A DNA stretch of 64,000 nt from a virus (taxonomy: Duplodnaviria > Caudoviricetes), in IMG/VR virus record IMGVR_UViG_3300013212_000061, positions 16,025-80,024 of that record. The stretch is one strand, 5' to 3'. The notes beneath the pieces were generated by a model. It had not been told where the DNA came from. It saw only the letters and a program-made list of their open reading frames with translations, and searched no databases. Every line of letters begins with the position of its first letter. The first letter of the stretch is position 1. Below are positions 9,972-20,577 of the stretch, one piece after another. The translations under genes and the position numbers were made by a program.

Positions 9972-11285
9972 ATGAAATTCGGACAAGATTTTGAAAAAAT
10001 ATTCTTTAAGTTATCTTTGGCAAAACCAAAGTACTTAGAAAAAATACATAAAGGTTTTTATACTTCAGATGAAATAGATACGATGCACTTTTTAGCAACG
10101 AAGTTCTATGAGAAATTCCATGAAGCGCCAAAAGCAGATCAGATGAAAATCCTTTCTCAAAGTCCTAAATTTAAAGGAAAAGTAGATGAGAATATTATTG
10201 AATTGGTTTATAAAACGGACCTTACCCAATATGATGATGAATGGTTAGTTTCTACTGCTGAAGCCTGGATTAAATGGAGAACATTCGATACTACTTTAAT
10301 AGACACTATTGAGTATATTAAAACAACTGAAGTTACTCCAGAGAATGCTGATTCAATCATCTCAAAAGTTAAAAGTTTAATTAATGACCGAAATTCAATT
10401 GTATTTAACTCAGATATTGGATTAGATTTCTTTAATGCAGGAGACCACTATCAAGAGGGTAGAGCTAAATTTTCAACTGGATATAACTTTTTAGACCGAT
10501 TACTTTCCGGAGGTTATGACAAAGATGGTTCATTAATAGTTTATGTTGGAGAACAAAATATCGGTAAGTCTATTTTCTTAGCAAATGATGCCGCAAATTT
10601 TGTTAAAATGGGAGTTAACACTGCATTTGTTTCAGCAGAGATGGCAGCTCATAAAGTTCTTAAAAGAATTGGAGCAAACCTACTTACAATTCCAATGAAT
10701 GAATATGATGCAAAAGCCCAAAATAAAGACTTGATTAAAAGAAAGCTTGAAAATGTAGGTGATGGTTTAACACCACCTGGAAATCTTTTTGTAAAACAAT
10801 TTCCAACATCTCAAGCTACCGTACCAGATATTGAAGCCCATCTAAAACAAATCGAAGAGGAACGTAAAATAAAACTAGGAGCTATTGTTATTGACTATAT
10901 AAATATCCTAGCAAATTATAGAAATCCAAACTCTGAAAATATGTACCTTAAAATCAAGCAAATTGCTGAAGATTTACGTGCAATGGGAGTAAGAAATAAT
11001 TGGTTGATAGTTACTGCAACACAGATTAATCGAAATAATTATAATTCAAGTGATATTGGAATGGGAGATGTTGCAGAATCCGCAGGACTTTCACATACCG
11101 CAGATTTAATGCTTGGAATTATTCAAGATGATATTATGCGAGCATCATTTGAATATTGGCTTAAAGTCTTAAAAATTAGAGATGGTGAAGGTAAGGGTGT
11201 TAAATGCCGATTAGATATTAATTATCAATATATGAGACTTACCGAAACAGATGACGTTACAAATTCAAACATACACAACTTATAA
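9972..11285 (+). CDS. DnaB-like replicative helicase (gp41-like)
   Basis: GEQNIGKS, SAEM, VIDYINI, TATQINR, AESAGLSHTAD, KIRDG. Confidence 0.92.
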   Translation: MKFGQDFEKIFFKLSLAKPKYLEKIHKGFYTSDEIDTMHFLATKFYEKFHEAPKADQMKILSQSPKFKGKVDENIIELVYKTDLTQYDDEWLVSTAEAWIKWRTFDTTLIDTIEYIKTTEVTPENADSIISKVKSLINDRNSIVFNSDIGLDFFNAGDHYQEGRAKFSTGYNFLDRLLSGGYDKDGSLIVYVGEQNIGKSIFLANDAANFVKMGVNTAFVSAEMAAHKVLKRIGANLLTIPMNEYDAKAQNKDLIKRKLENVGDGLTPPGNLFVKQFPTSQATVPDIEAHLKQIEEERKIKLGAIVIDYINILANYRNPNSENMYLKIKQIAEDLRAMGVRNNWLIVTATQINRNNYNSSDIGMGDVAESAGLSHTADLMLGIIQDDIMRASFEYWLKVLKIRDGEGKGVKCRLDINYQYMRLTETDDVTNSNIHNL

Positions 11286-11288
11286 AAA

Positions 11289-11732
11289 ATGAGAACACAA
11301 AGAGACAAAATATTCGACAACACATTTGCTGAGAGTGAATTTGAATTAGACAGTTCATTTTCTTTTGAAATTGCTCCAAGCTACTTAGACAATCGAGATG
11401 AAGAGGACAAAATTGAAACACAAATCATAATCACAAAGATTCATGAGTTAATTGAATCCTCAAGATTCAAACACTTCAATAACATTAATGAATTTAACGA
11501 GACTGTTAAATTAAAAAAGAATGAAATTAACGAAATCTATGAATTTATTTCAGATGAGCTCCGACCAAATCATTCAATCATTGAAGTATTTTCAGAATTG
11601 TGTGATTACTTTAATGTTAATCCAACAAAATTCTACCAGTCACTAGGAAACAAATTTAAAGAGGAACTAATCGAGGTATTAGACAAGAAGACAAACGTAC
11701 TTAAGAAAAAGCATATAAATAGATTATTCTAA
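11289..11732 (+). CDS. Hypothetical protein
   Basis: ORF within the replication operon. Confidence 0.6.
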   Translation: MRTQRDKIFDNTFAESEFELDSSFSFEIAPSYLDNRDEEDKIETQIIITKIHELIESSRFKHFNNINEFNETVKLKKNEINEIYEFISDELRPNHSIIEVFSELCDYFNVNPTKFYQSLGNKFKEELIEVLDKKTNVLKKKHINRLF

Positions 11733-11734
11733 CT

Positions 11735-12847
11735 ATGATTCAACAAGCAAATTTAAACAAGCCAGTTAAAAGAATTTGGATTCTAGGTGATATGCACTTA
11801 GGAGTCCGATCAAGTTCATTGGAATGGTTAGAAATGCAAAAGGATTTTTATGACAATCAATTTATTCCGACTCTATTAGAAAACTATGAAGATGGAGATA
11901 TATTGGTTCAAGTTGGAGACGCTTTCGATAATAGACAAAGTGTAAACATTAGAGTTCTACATTATGCAATCGATCTTTTTGAAAGACTTGGAAATATTCT
12001 ACCAACCCATATAATTTGTGGAAACCATGATATATGGGCAAAGAAAAGCAATGATGTAAGTTCTATTGATGCTCTTAAATGGATTCCAAATGTAAGCATC
12101 TATAAAGAACCTCAAACATTTCATTGGGGTGGAACAGAAGTCCTATTGATGCCATGGAGGAGAGACGTTGAACATGAAGTAGAAACTTTAGATTTGTTTC
12201 CAAACTCTGAAATTGTATTTTGCCATTCAGAAGTGCGAGGTATTAAATTAAATAAGAAGGTTGATAATCACCACGGTACTGATTCAACTACTTATGACCG
12301 ATTTACTGCAGTTTATTCAGGACATATTCATTATAGACAGCGCCGAGGCCAGTTGCGAATGGTTGGTACCCCTTATGAATTGACGCGATCTGATATGGAC
12401 AATACTAAAGGATTTGACCTTGTTAATTTAGAAGACATGCAGGAAACTTTCTTTGAGAATACAATATCACCAAAGTTTGTTAAATTTAATCTAACTAATC
12501 TTTACAATACACCTCTTGGAGAATTTAAAGATGCTATTAGAAATAATTTTGTAGACCTTTATGTCCCATCAAATATTGCAACTACATCTGCTCTTTCCAG
12601 ACTTATTAATAAAGTACAAACAATAAGTAGAAAAATAGACCCTAATATCTACGAGCAAGACACGTTCTTAGACGAGGATTCATACGACATGGACCAAATC
12701 GAAGACCTATACAAAAACTATAATATCTTACATCTTTGTAATATCTATGTAGACAATACAATGCATGCTGAAGATGTTAAAATACAAATCAAAGATCGTT
12801 TGAAGAAACTTCATGATTTTTATGCATATAATAATCAAATGGATTAA
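11735..12847 (+). CDS. Mre11/SbcD-like nuclease (gp47-like)
   Basis: DMHLG, GDAFD, GNHD, CH, SGHIH metallophosphoesterase motifs. Confidence 0.92.
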   Translation: MIQQANLNKPVKRIWILGDMHLGVRSSSLEWLEMQKDFYDNQFIPTLLENYEDGDILVQVGDAFDNRQSVNIRVLHYAIDLFERLGNILPTHIICGNHDIWAKKSNDVSSIDALKWIPNVSIYKEPQTFHWGGTEVLLMPWRRDVEHEVETLDLFPNSEIVFCHSEVRGIKLNKKVDNHHGTDSTTYDRFTAVYSGHIHYRQRRGQLRMVGTPYELTRSDMDNTKGFDLVNLEDMQETFFENTISPKFVKFNLTNLYNTPLGEFKDAIRNNFVDLYVPSNIATTSALSRLINKVQTISRKIDPNIYEQDTFLDEDSYDMDQIEDLYKNYNILHLCNIYVDNTMHAEDVKIQIKDRLKKLHDFYAYNNQMD

Positions 12848-12849
12848 AT

Positions 12850-14523
12850 ATGAAAATACAAAGTATTGAACTAAAAAACTTTGCATCTTACGGTAATCAA
12901 GTTCAAACTATAAAATTTGAAGATGATAAATCTGAGCTATTTTTAACCTTAGGAAAAAATGGTGAAGGCAAAACAACTATTGCTAACGCGATAGTTTTTG
13001 CGCTTTACGGTAAAGTTGAAGGTGTTAAAATGTCCGACCTTCCAAATAGAATTAATAAAGAACTTTGGGTCAGAATAACCTTACAATGTAAAAGTGTTGA
13101 GGTTGTTATTGAGCGTGGTTTGGCTCCTGGAATTTTTAAAGTTCTCCTTAATGGAATTGAATTCGACAAGGCAGGAAAACGTTCAGTACAAGAATACCTT
13201 GAAGAGGAAATCTTTGGTATTCCATACCATGTATTTAAAAACATTATCATTCTCTCTGTTAATGACTTTAAGTCTTTTTTAACAATGAGTAATAGTGACA
13301 AGCGCCAGATTATTGATAAAATGTTTGGATTTTCTATCTTAAATGATATGCAAAATGCACTTAAAGAAGAGAGAAGAACTCTTAAAAGCGATATTGATGC
13401 ATTTGGCAGAGAGTTAGGCCAAATAAATGAGAATATAAAACAAGTTCAAATTAAGCTAGACCAGTTGATGGTTGAAAGCCAAGAAAAGGACAAAAAGAAA
13501 ATTCAACATCTTAAAGATTCTCTTGTTAAATATGACGAGAATAAAAAGAAGTTGGAAGAGGCCCAGGGTAAAATCACTGCAAGCATTAAGGGTTTAAATT
13601 TGGATCTACAATCAAATCAGTCGACCGAAACTGAATTAAAGTTTAAAATAGCAGAACTTAAAAAGAAATTGGAGTTGTATGAAAATAATTCATGTCCAAC
13701 TTGCGAACATGAGCTTACTGGAGAGTTTCACAACTCTAGACGGGATGAACTTGAATCTGAACTAAAAGATATTCCAAATCAACTAGAAGAGGTTACACAA
13801 GAAGTGTCAACTATTAAAACACAAATCAGCGATCTTAGAGATAAAGATAGTGTTGTTCGTGATAGGGTATCTTCATTAAATATAAACATTGCAAACTTTA
13901 AAAAAGAACTCTTAGCAATTTCAGCATCAATTAAAGGTACAACTGATTTTTCTCACATGGAGCAAATTATATCTGACTTTGAAACACAAGAGCTGGAGAA
14001 GGGAAATCTTAAAGATACTAAAACTATTGACTACAATTTCTTAGAAATGGTTGAAGAGGTTCTTGGAGAGGATGGAGTTAAAAATCTTGCAATCAAGACT
14101 ATATTACCCGGGTTGAATGCAAATATCGCAGCTATGACCCAGACAATGCACCTTCACTTCCACCTCCGATTTGATGAGAAATTCAATTGTATTATCAATC
14201 ACTTAGGAGAGGAAATAAATCCAATGACCCTTTCAACAGGTGAACGAAAGAAGGCAGACTTTATAATTATTATTGCAATTATAAAAATTTTAAAATTAAG
14301 ATTCCCACAACTAAACCTGTTATTCTTAGATGAGTTGCTAAGTTCTGTCGATCAAGATGGAATCCACAATATCCTAAAAATCTTAAGTGGAGTAATTAAA
14401 GAGAGCAAAATTAACTGTTTTGTTATCAACCACACCCCCTTACCTCATGAAATCTTTGACAAAAAAATTCAAATCTTCAGAGAAAATGGATTCTCCAAAT
14501 TTAATATTGAGCTAATAGAATAG
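12850..14523 (+). CDS. Rad50/SbcC-like ATPase (gp46-like)
   Basis: GKNGEGKTT, coiled coil with CPTC hook, LSTGE signature, FLDE. Confidence 0.93.
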   Translation: MKIQSIELKNFASYGNQVQTIKFEDDKSELFLTLGKNGEGKTTIANAIVFALYGKVEGVKMSDLPNRINKELWVRITLQCKSVEVVIERGLAPGIFKVLLNGIEFDKAGKRSVQEYLEEEIFGIPYHVFKNIIILSVNDFKSFLTMSNSDKRQIIDKMFGFSILNDMQNALKEERRTLKSDIDAFGRELGQINENIKQVQIKLDQLMVESQEKDKKKIQHLKDSLVKYDENKKKLEEAQGKITASIKGLNLDLQSNQSTETELKFKIAELKKKLELYENNSCPTCEHELTGEFHNSRRDELESELKDIPNQLEEVTQEVSTIKTQISDLRDKDSVVRDRVSSLNINIANFKKELLAISASIKGTTDFSHMEQIISDFETQELEKGNLKDTKTIDYNFLEMVEEVLGEDGVKNLAIKTILPGLNANIAAMTQTMHLHFHLRFDEKFNCIINHLGEEINPMTLSTGERKKADFIIIIAIIKILKLRFPQLNLLFLDELLSSVDQDGIHNILKILSGVIKESKINCFVINHTPLPHEIFDKKIQIFRENGFSKFNIELIE

Positions 14524-14535
14524 GATATATAATCC

Positions 14536-17031
14536 ATGGCAAGTTACAATCAAAAATTTAATTCCGATGATAGTGTAGTTAGACACATCATTATAGGTTT
14601 TTTAGCCGATTTGAATACCAAATTGTATTTTCATCGACAAATAACCAATGACGAAAGAGTAGTAGTGGATGTTCCATTTTATTACTCAATAACAGGGGAT
14701 GACCAATTCCTTAGAGACAATTTTCTATTTTCAACACCATCAGGACCAAATTGTACTCCAGATAAAGCGCATGCGGATGCAAACTATGATGTTGTACCAA
14801 GAGGAATTGTAAACTTTTCAGGACTTGCTATTGATTCTGGAAAATTAGTCAATAAAAGAACTACAGGTCAGTACACTAAAATGAACTCTGAAGGGATCAT
14901 TGAATCTTATGTTGCTGAATTTGACATGATTCCAATAACTATTAGTTTTGATGTTGAAATCCTAGTATCTTCAACACTTGATTCTTTTAAAATCACTGAG
15001 GCAATAATCAAAAGAATGTACAAATCCAACTATTTTAATGTTGAAGTTGGGCATTTAGAGGAGGGTAATTATAGAATCGCATCTTATTATGCACTACCTG
15101 ATGATTACACTCTTGAAAGACCTGTTGGATTTACATATGATGACAAAGACCGATTTAAAATAACTTTTCCTATTGAAGTTAATTCATTTATACCTTCATT
15201 TCATTTAGGTAATGAAGAAGGTTTTGGATCAAATCAACTTTCTACTGAGCGTTTTGCTGGAAACAGAATGTTTACTATAGATGCTATTATAAACTCTACT
15301 GATGTTAATCAAATTACTTCCGGACAATATTTCGGAGATATTGTAGAAGTTCCAGGAACATCGCAACCTGGCGGAAGTTCTCTATTTGGAACCCAAGGTC
15401 CTGTAGGACCTGCAGGGGATAGAGGACCTCAAGGACGTCAAGGAACGCAAGGAGCACAAGGTACTCAAGGTTACCAAGGTACCCAAGGAAACCAAGGAAC
15501 ACAAGGTTACCAAGGAGACCAAGGAACACAAGGTTACCAAGGAGACCAGGGAACTCAAGGTTACCAAGGAGACCAGGGAACTCAAGGTTACCAAGGAGAC
15601 CAGGGAACTCAAGGAACACAAGGTACTCAAGGAGACCAAGGAACACAAGGTTACCAAGGAGACCAGGGAACTCAAGGTTACCAGGGAGACCAAGGAACAC
15701 AAGGTTACCAAGGAGACCAGGGAACTCAAGGTTACCAGGGAGACCAGGGAACTCAAGGTACTCAAGGAGACCAAGGAACCCAGGGATTCCAAGGTGCTCA
15801 AGGATTCCAAGGTGCTCAAGGAGTTCAAGGTGCTCAAGGTGCTCAAGGAGTTCAAGGTGCTCAAGGAGTTCAAGGAGTTCAAGGTGCTCAAGGAGTTCAA
15901 GGTGCTCAAGGTGCTCAAGGAGTTCAAGGTGCCCAAGGAGTTCAAGGCTTACAGGGAATTCAAGGTGCCCAAGGATTTCAAGGTGCTCAAGGAGTTCAAG
16001 GCTTACAGGGAGTTCAAGGTGCTCAAGGACGCCAAGGTTCTCAAGGGTTTCAAGGACAAAAAGGTGAAACTGGATCTTTCGGTGGTGCAACATTTGAGTT
16101 CTATTATGATAATGACACAACAGATCCCGTAAATTTGACACCAGGGCATGTAAGAATTAATGAATTTGGTACGGAAATGTACATTTCATATTTAGACATT
16201 AACTCTATAAGTATTCAATCATTTTTACAAACAATTGATGATTCAACTTCTCAAATTAAAGGTTTATTTAAACTAACATCATATACTGACCCGTTACTTT
16301 ATGCAATATTTAATATAGTAGGTAGCCATACAGAGCATACAGACCATTTCAATGTTCCAGTTGCATTTATTTCCAGTCCTATTGCTGGAACTGTTCCTCC
16401 CGACCAATTAGCATATATTACTTTCCAAAGAACAGGAGACATTGGAGATAGAGGACCTCAAGGTTTTCAAGGTGCCCAAGGAACGCGAGGTTTTCAAGGA
16501 GCCCAAGGTTTTCAAGGAGTACAAGGAGCCCAAGGTTTTCAGGGAATACAAGGAGTACAGGGTGCCCAAGGAACTCAAGGTTTCCAGGGAATACAAGGAA
16601 CTCAAGGAACTCAAGGAGTACAAGGATTCCAAGGTGCTCAAGGAGTACAAGGATTCCAAGGACCTCAAGGTTTTCAAGGAGCCCAAGGTACTCAAGGAAC
16701 TGGAGCCCAAGGGTTTCAAGGTGTTCAAGGACCCCAAAGTTCAGGTGCAGGTGGAAGTATTAAATCAATAAATGTAATAAGTAGCAACACCACCGCCGGA
16801 AGCAATGCAAGTACTGAATATACATATCTTGCTTCAGGAACTATTGATATTACTCTTCCAACTGCCGTAGGAAATACAAATAACTATTACATTAAAAATA
16901 CCGGAACCGGCACAGTAACAATTAAAACAACTTCAACTGAAACAATAGATGGAAGTTTAACAGCCCCATTGCGGGTTCAATACACAGCATTAACATTAGT
17001 AAGCGATGGTACAAACTGGTTTATAATATAA
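14536..17031 (+). CDS. gp15-like tail terminator domain fused to collagen-like fibre domains
   Basis: N-terminal ~230 aa resemble T4 gp15 (VPFYY, VPRG, PITISFDVEI); two (Gly-X-Gln)n tracts; fibre-type C-terminus; late promoter at 14524. Confidence 0.65.
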   Translation: MASYNQKFNSDDSVVRHIIIGFLADLNTKLYFHRQITNDERVVVDVPFYYSITGDDQFLRDNFLFSTPSGPNCTPDKAHADANYDVVPRGIVNFSGLAIDSGKLVNKRTTGQYTKMNSEGIIESYVAEFDMIPITISFDVEILVSSTLDSFKITEAIIKRMYKSNYFNVEVGHLEEGNYRIASYYALPDDYTLERPVGFTYDDKDRFKITFPIEVNSFIPSFHLGNEEGFGSNQLSTERFAGNRMFTIDAIINSTDVNQITSGQYFGDIVEVPGTSQPGGSSLFGTQGPVGPAGDRGPQGRQGTQGAQGTQGYQGTQGNQGTQGYQGDQGTQGYQGDQGTQGYQGDQGTQGYQGDQGTQGTQGTQGDQGTQGYQGDQGTQGYQGDQGTQGYQGDQGTQGYQGDQGTQGTQGDQGTQGFQGAQGFQGAQGVQGAQGAQGVQGAQGVQGVQGAQGVQGAQGAQGVQGAQGVQGLQGIQGAQGFQGAQGVQGLQGVQGAQGRQGSQGFQGQKGETGSFGGATFEFYYDNDTTDPVNLTPGHVRINEFGTEMYISYLDINSISIQSFLQTIDDSTSQIKGLFKLTSYTDPLLYAIFNIVGSHTEHTDHFNVPVAFISSPIAGTVPPDQLAYITFQRTGDIGDRGPQGFQGAQGTRGFQGAQGFQGVQGAQGFQGIQGVQGAQGTQGFQGIQGTQGTQGVQGFQGAQGVQGFQGPQGFQGAQGTQGTGAQGFQGVQGPQSSGAGGSIKSINVISSNTTAGSNASTEYTYLASGTIDITLPTAVGNTNNYYIKNTGTGTVTIKTTSTETIDGSLTAPLRVQYTALTLVSDGTNWFII
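15388..16070 (+). repeat. Collagen-coding 9-bp tandem repeats (GGN NNN CAA), tract 1
   Basis: GTQGYQGDQ and GAQGVQ units. Confidence 0.95.
16444..16737 (+). repeat. Collagen-coding repeats, tract 2
   Basis: GFQGAQGVQ units. Confidence 0.9.
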
Positions 17032-17043
17032 AAACAAAACAAT

Positions 17044-17490
17044 ATGGCATATAATCCTAATAATCCAAACGGACAAGCTACGTCAGCAAATTCAGCTCCT
17101 GTCGTAATTGCATCAGATCAAACCGCAGTTAATACATCCCTACAGGAAGTAGCAACAGGAGGAGCAAGTGTGTTTCACCTGGTATCAACTGCATCAACTA
17201 ATGCAACCAACATTAAGGCATCCGCTGGAAAGGTGACCGGTTGGTACATTTTTAATTCAAACGGATCTGCTAGAAAAGTAGCATTTCATAACACGGCTGG
17301 TACTCCTACCGCAGGTGCTTCCGTTTATTTTTCTATTGTAATCCCTGCGCTATCAGGTGCAAACTGTCCCTTCCCAGCTGGAATAAATTTTAGCACAGGT
17401 ATTGCAATAACAACCGCAACTGGACTTGCAGATAGTGATGCTGTAGCAGTAGCTGCAAATGATTTAATAATTAATATATTTTACAAATAA
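17044..17490 (+). CDS. Ala/Thr-rich virion fibre-associated protein
   Basis: Beta-rich composition; follows the collagen fibre gene. Confidence 0.5.
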   Translation: MAYNPNNPNGQATSANSAPVVIASDQTAVNTSLQEVATGGASVFHLVSTASTNATNIKASAGKVTGWYIFNSNGSARKVAFHNTAGTPTAGASVYFSIVIPALSGANCPFPAGINFSTGIAITTATGLADSDAVAVAANDLIINIFYK

Positions 17491-17491
17491 A

Positions 17492-17815
17492 ATGAAAATT
17501 CAACAAACACAGTCAGTTCAGCTTCCCTTATTAGGAATAGCTGATACCCTAGAGATTAGGGTTAATTCATTCCCTCTATTTCCATCCTCAATTGAAGTGT
17601 TTTGGAAAGTAAGTGGTGATGTAATAAGTAAGGAAGGGACAATTGTTCTTCCTCAAGAAATAGTACAAAACTGGGGAACAGACGATACCATAGTAAAAGA
17701 GTATATACTTCAACAATTGGGTCTCGTAGAGGACACAACGCCAGATCCTGTGGTAACCTCGCCATTACAGGGTCCTGTAGATGACACTGCTCTAACAGAA
17801 GAAACTCCACAATAA
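17492..17815 (+). CDS. Hypothetical protein (possible fibre chaperone)
   Basis: Position within the fibre cluster. Confidence 0.45.
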   Translation: MKIQQTQSVQLPLLGIADTLEIRVNSFPLFPSSIEVFWKVSGDVISKEGTIVLPQEIVQNWGTDDTIVKEYILQQLGLVEDTTPDPVVTSPLQGPVDDTALTEETPQ

Positions 17816-17826
17816 AAAGTTATTAA

Positions 17827-20517
17827 ATGGCAGCTAAGTATTGGTATGTAGCAGGTAATGGAAGTGCAGATTGGAGTGTCGCAGCTAATTGGTATTTAGG
17901 ATCTGGGGGTACTGGAGGCGCTGCAGGTTTACCAACAGCATCCGATACAGTGTACTTAAGCCAGGCATCTGGTAGCGGTACATTAACAATTGGAAGTGGT
18001 ACTACTGCATCGTGCAACGGTTTAATATGTACGGGTTTTATAGGAACACTAGCTGGAGCAACTTCATTGACTATAACCGATACAACATCACCTGTAACAC
18101 AACTACTTGAGTTTTCTCCTACTATGGGTATAACTTATAGCGGAACCTTTACAATTAATGGATCAGGAAATGGGAGTAATATTATTTTTAACGGACAAAC
18201 TTTTCCTGGTAATATTACATTAGCCAAAAGTTCAACTACAGGTACTACACAGGTTACTTTTGTTGACACAGCAAGAATTACTGGTCTTTTAACAATATCA
18301 AGTGGGTTTATATTTTTAACATCTCAGTTATTTACAGGAAGGTTTTCTATGTCCGGCACAGGTTCATCAACCAATAGAGATATATTCGGTGGAACTATAT
18401 ATTTAACAGGATCTGGCGCAGTATTAACAGTATCAACAACTGGAACATATAGCAATAACCTTTCATATGAACTTACTGATACTACAAGTAATACAAAGAC
18501 CGTAGTATCTACTGTTACTACGGCATCTGGGTTTGAACCCTTTATAAATATAACAGGTGGAGGTACTGGTAGTTATTCATTAACAGGAAATTTTGCTAAT
18601 ATATCTGTTAATAATTCAGGAGGTGCTACTTTTAGTTTTGGCGCATCTAATATATGGGCACTATTCTTTAATAATTCAAATGTAAATTGGAATAATGCTG
18701 TTGTAGCCCTTGCAATTCGTGATGCTTTATACCTTAGTTCTAATATGACGGTAACTGCCACACCGACAATTACTTTTAATGGTCAAAGCAGAGTACGATG
18801 TAATACTAAAAGATTAACAGGTGCAGTATCTGTAACTTTAGGAAATATTTTAACAGCAGAAGATGATTTTCGTTTAGCTAATACATTAACTTTAACTAAT
18901 GGTTCATTTGCTGGTGGAGATGCGTACATAAATTCTATATCATCATCAAGTAGTAATTTTAGAGATATTACGATAACTAACTTATATCTTACCGGTACTG
19001 GTACTTTAGCTACTACTACTACTGCAACAAATTTAACCGTTACGATAGTTGCGATATACATACAAGATACATCTAACACGGGTCAAACTAAAACGCTAAC
19101 ATTTGGTTCTGTATTTGGGTCACCTATTGTTTATATAGCAGGAACCGGCACCGGTCTAATTACTTTAGCGCCGGCTAATACGCTCGTACCGTATGTATAT
19201 GTAACTAATATAGGAGGAAGCGTATCTTTTGCATCTGGTACTATTGGTAATTTGGTATTTGTTGATGGGACTACATGCACATGGTCAAACGCAATTACTC
19301 AAACACTAAATATAGTTAATGATTTAACTTTTGCGGTTGGTCAGCCATTAAGCACCGTAACGCCAGCATTAGTATTTAATCAAGGAGTTTCAATTATAAC
19401 AATGAATGGTAACCGTTTAGTTGCAGGAGCACTTACAGCCGGTTATACTAGTGGCGCAACAGTATTTACTGACAACTTTACCACTAATGCAGCCGTAACA
19501 ATTACCGACACATATACCGATTCAGCAGCCGCAGGTAATTTTACTTGTTCTACTCTTACTCTAACTGGTTCAGGAGTTTTCACATTTAAAAAAAATCTAA
19601 CTGCAACTGTAACTGCCATTAGTGGAAACGCTGGAGTATCTATAGCAGGACTTATTTCACCCGGGGTTTACTTTCAATCAGTTGTTAATATAACTACGCT
19701 TACCGTTAGTTCTGCTAATTCAGACCCTCTTACTATAAATGGTGGAACTTTTACATGCACATCGATATCTAATTCAAGTACATATCCTATCGCAATCAAT
19801 AGTGGCTCCACTTTAAATTGCTCATCTATTTCTTTAACGGCTGGCTCAAGTTTAAATGCATCCGGAAATAGCATTATCAGATGTAATGGTGCATTTCTTA
19901 GTACCGCTGGTAATGTTAATTTTACAAATTCTACTGCTACTTTTTTAACTTTTGGTTTAAGTGGAGTCACTAGCAATTATAATGTGAACAATAGTAAAAT
20001 TTATATAACTGGTGCCACAACTACTGCCTTTTCATTAGCTGCTACTATAGCATCTTACACATCAAGTCAAACATCAATAGAATTTACTAATAACACAAAT
20101 GCAAATACTACGTTTGCAGGAGGAGGATTTACATACTATGAATTGATATTCAATAGAGGAGCAGTCACCGGTTTTAATAATGTTATAACCGGAAGTAATA
20201 CATTTACCAATCTCAGAGACTTTGGCACAGCGGCTCATTTTTTGCTATTTCCTTCAGGTGGAACAACCAATATAGGACATCTAGATGTTCATGGAGCTCC
20301 GGGTGCTGTAATAACCATCGGAAGAACTTCAACAACTGCTACCCTATTAACTAAATCTCCAGCGGGTCTTGTTATTTGTGATTATGTTGCAGTAGTTAAT
20401 GTTCCTGTTAGTGAAACTAACACATTTTATGCTGGACCAAATAGTACAGTGACTACTTCTGCTAACTGGATAAATTCTGGTAAGGTAAGAAATCAAGGTG
20501 CCCTAGGTGTAGGATAA
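17827..20517 (+). CDS. Large Thr/Ser/Gly-rich beta-solenoid protein, probable receptor-binding or fibre protein
   Basis: W..AANW..G..G..G.PTASDTV start, repeated beta-helix rungs, almost no charged residues. Confidence 0.6.
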   Translation: MAAKYWYVAGNGSADWSVAANWYLGSGGTGGAAGLPTASDTVYLSQASGSGTLTIGSGTTASCNGLICTGFIGTLAGATSLTITDTTSPVTQLLEFSPTMGITYSGTFTINGSGNGSNIIFNGQTFPGNITLAKSSTTGTTQVTFVDTARITGLLTISSGFIFLTSQLFTGRFSMSGTGSSTNRDIFGGTIYLTGSGAVLTVSTTGTYSNNLSYELTDTTSNTKTVVSTVTTASGFEPFINITGGGTGSYSLTGNFANISVNNSGGATFSFGASNIWALFFNNSNVNWNNAVVALAIRDALYLSSNMTVTATPTITFNGQSRVRCNTKRLTGAVSVTLGNILTAEDDFRLANTLTLTNGSFAGGDAYINSISSSSSNFRDITITNLYLTGTGTLATTTTATNLTVTIVAIYIQDTSNTGQTKTLTFGSVFGSPIVYIAGTGTGLITLAPANTLVPYVYVTNIGGSVSFASGTIGNLVFVDGTTCTWSNAITQTLNIVNDLTFAVGQPLSTVTPALVFNQGVSIITMNGNRLVAGALTAGYTSGATVFTDNFTTNAAVTITDTYTDSAAAGNFTCSTLTLTGSGVFTFKKNLTATVTAISGNAGVSIAGLISPGVYFQSVVNITTLTVSSANSDPLTINGGTFTCTSISNSSTYPIAINSGSTLNCSSISLTAGSSLNASGNSIIRCNGAFLSTAGNVNFTNSTATFLTFGLSGVTSNYNVNNSKIYITGATTTAFSLAATIASYTSSQTSIEFTNNTNANTTFAGGGFTYYELIFNRGAVTGFNNVITGSNTFTNLRDFGTAAHFLLFPSGGTTNIGHLDVHGAPGAVITIGRTSTTATLLTKSPAGLVICDYVAVVNVPVSETNTFYAGPNSTVTTSANWINSGKVRNQGALGVG

Positions 20518-20577
20518 CTAATAGACAAAAACTATTTTAATAAAGAGATATATAAATAAAATAAAATAATAAACAAT

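Noticed and set aside
15388-16070. Tandem repeats as a CRISPR array
   Set aside because: In-frame coding repeats with no unique spacers
15314-16771. Several long alternative-frame and antisense ORFs
   Set aside because: They are shadows of the stop-free 9-bp collagen repeats
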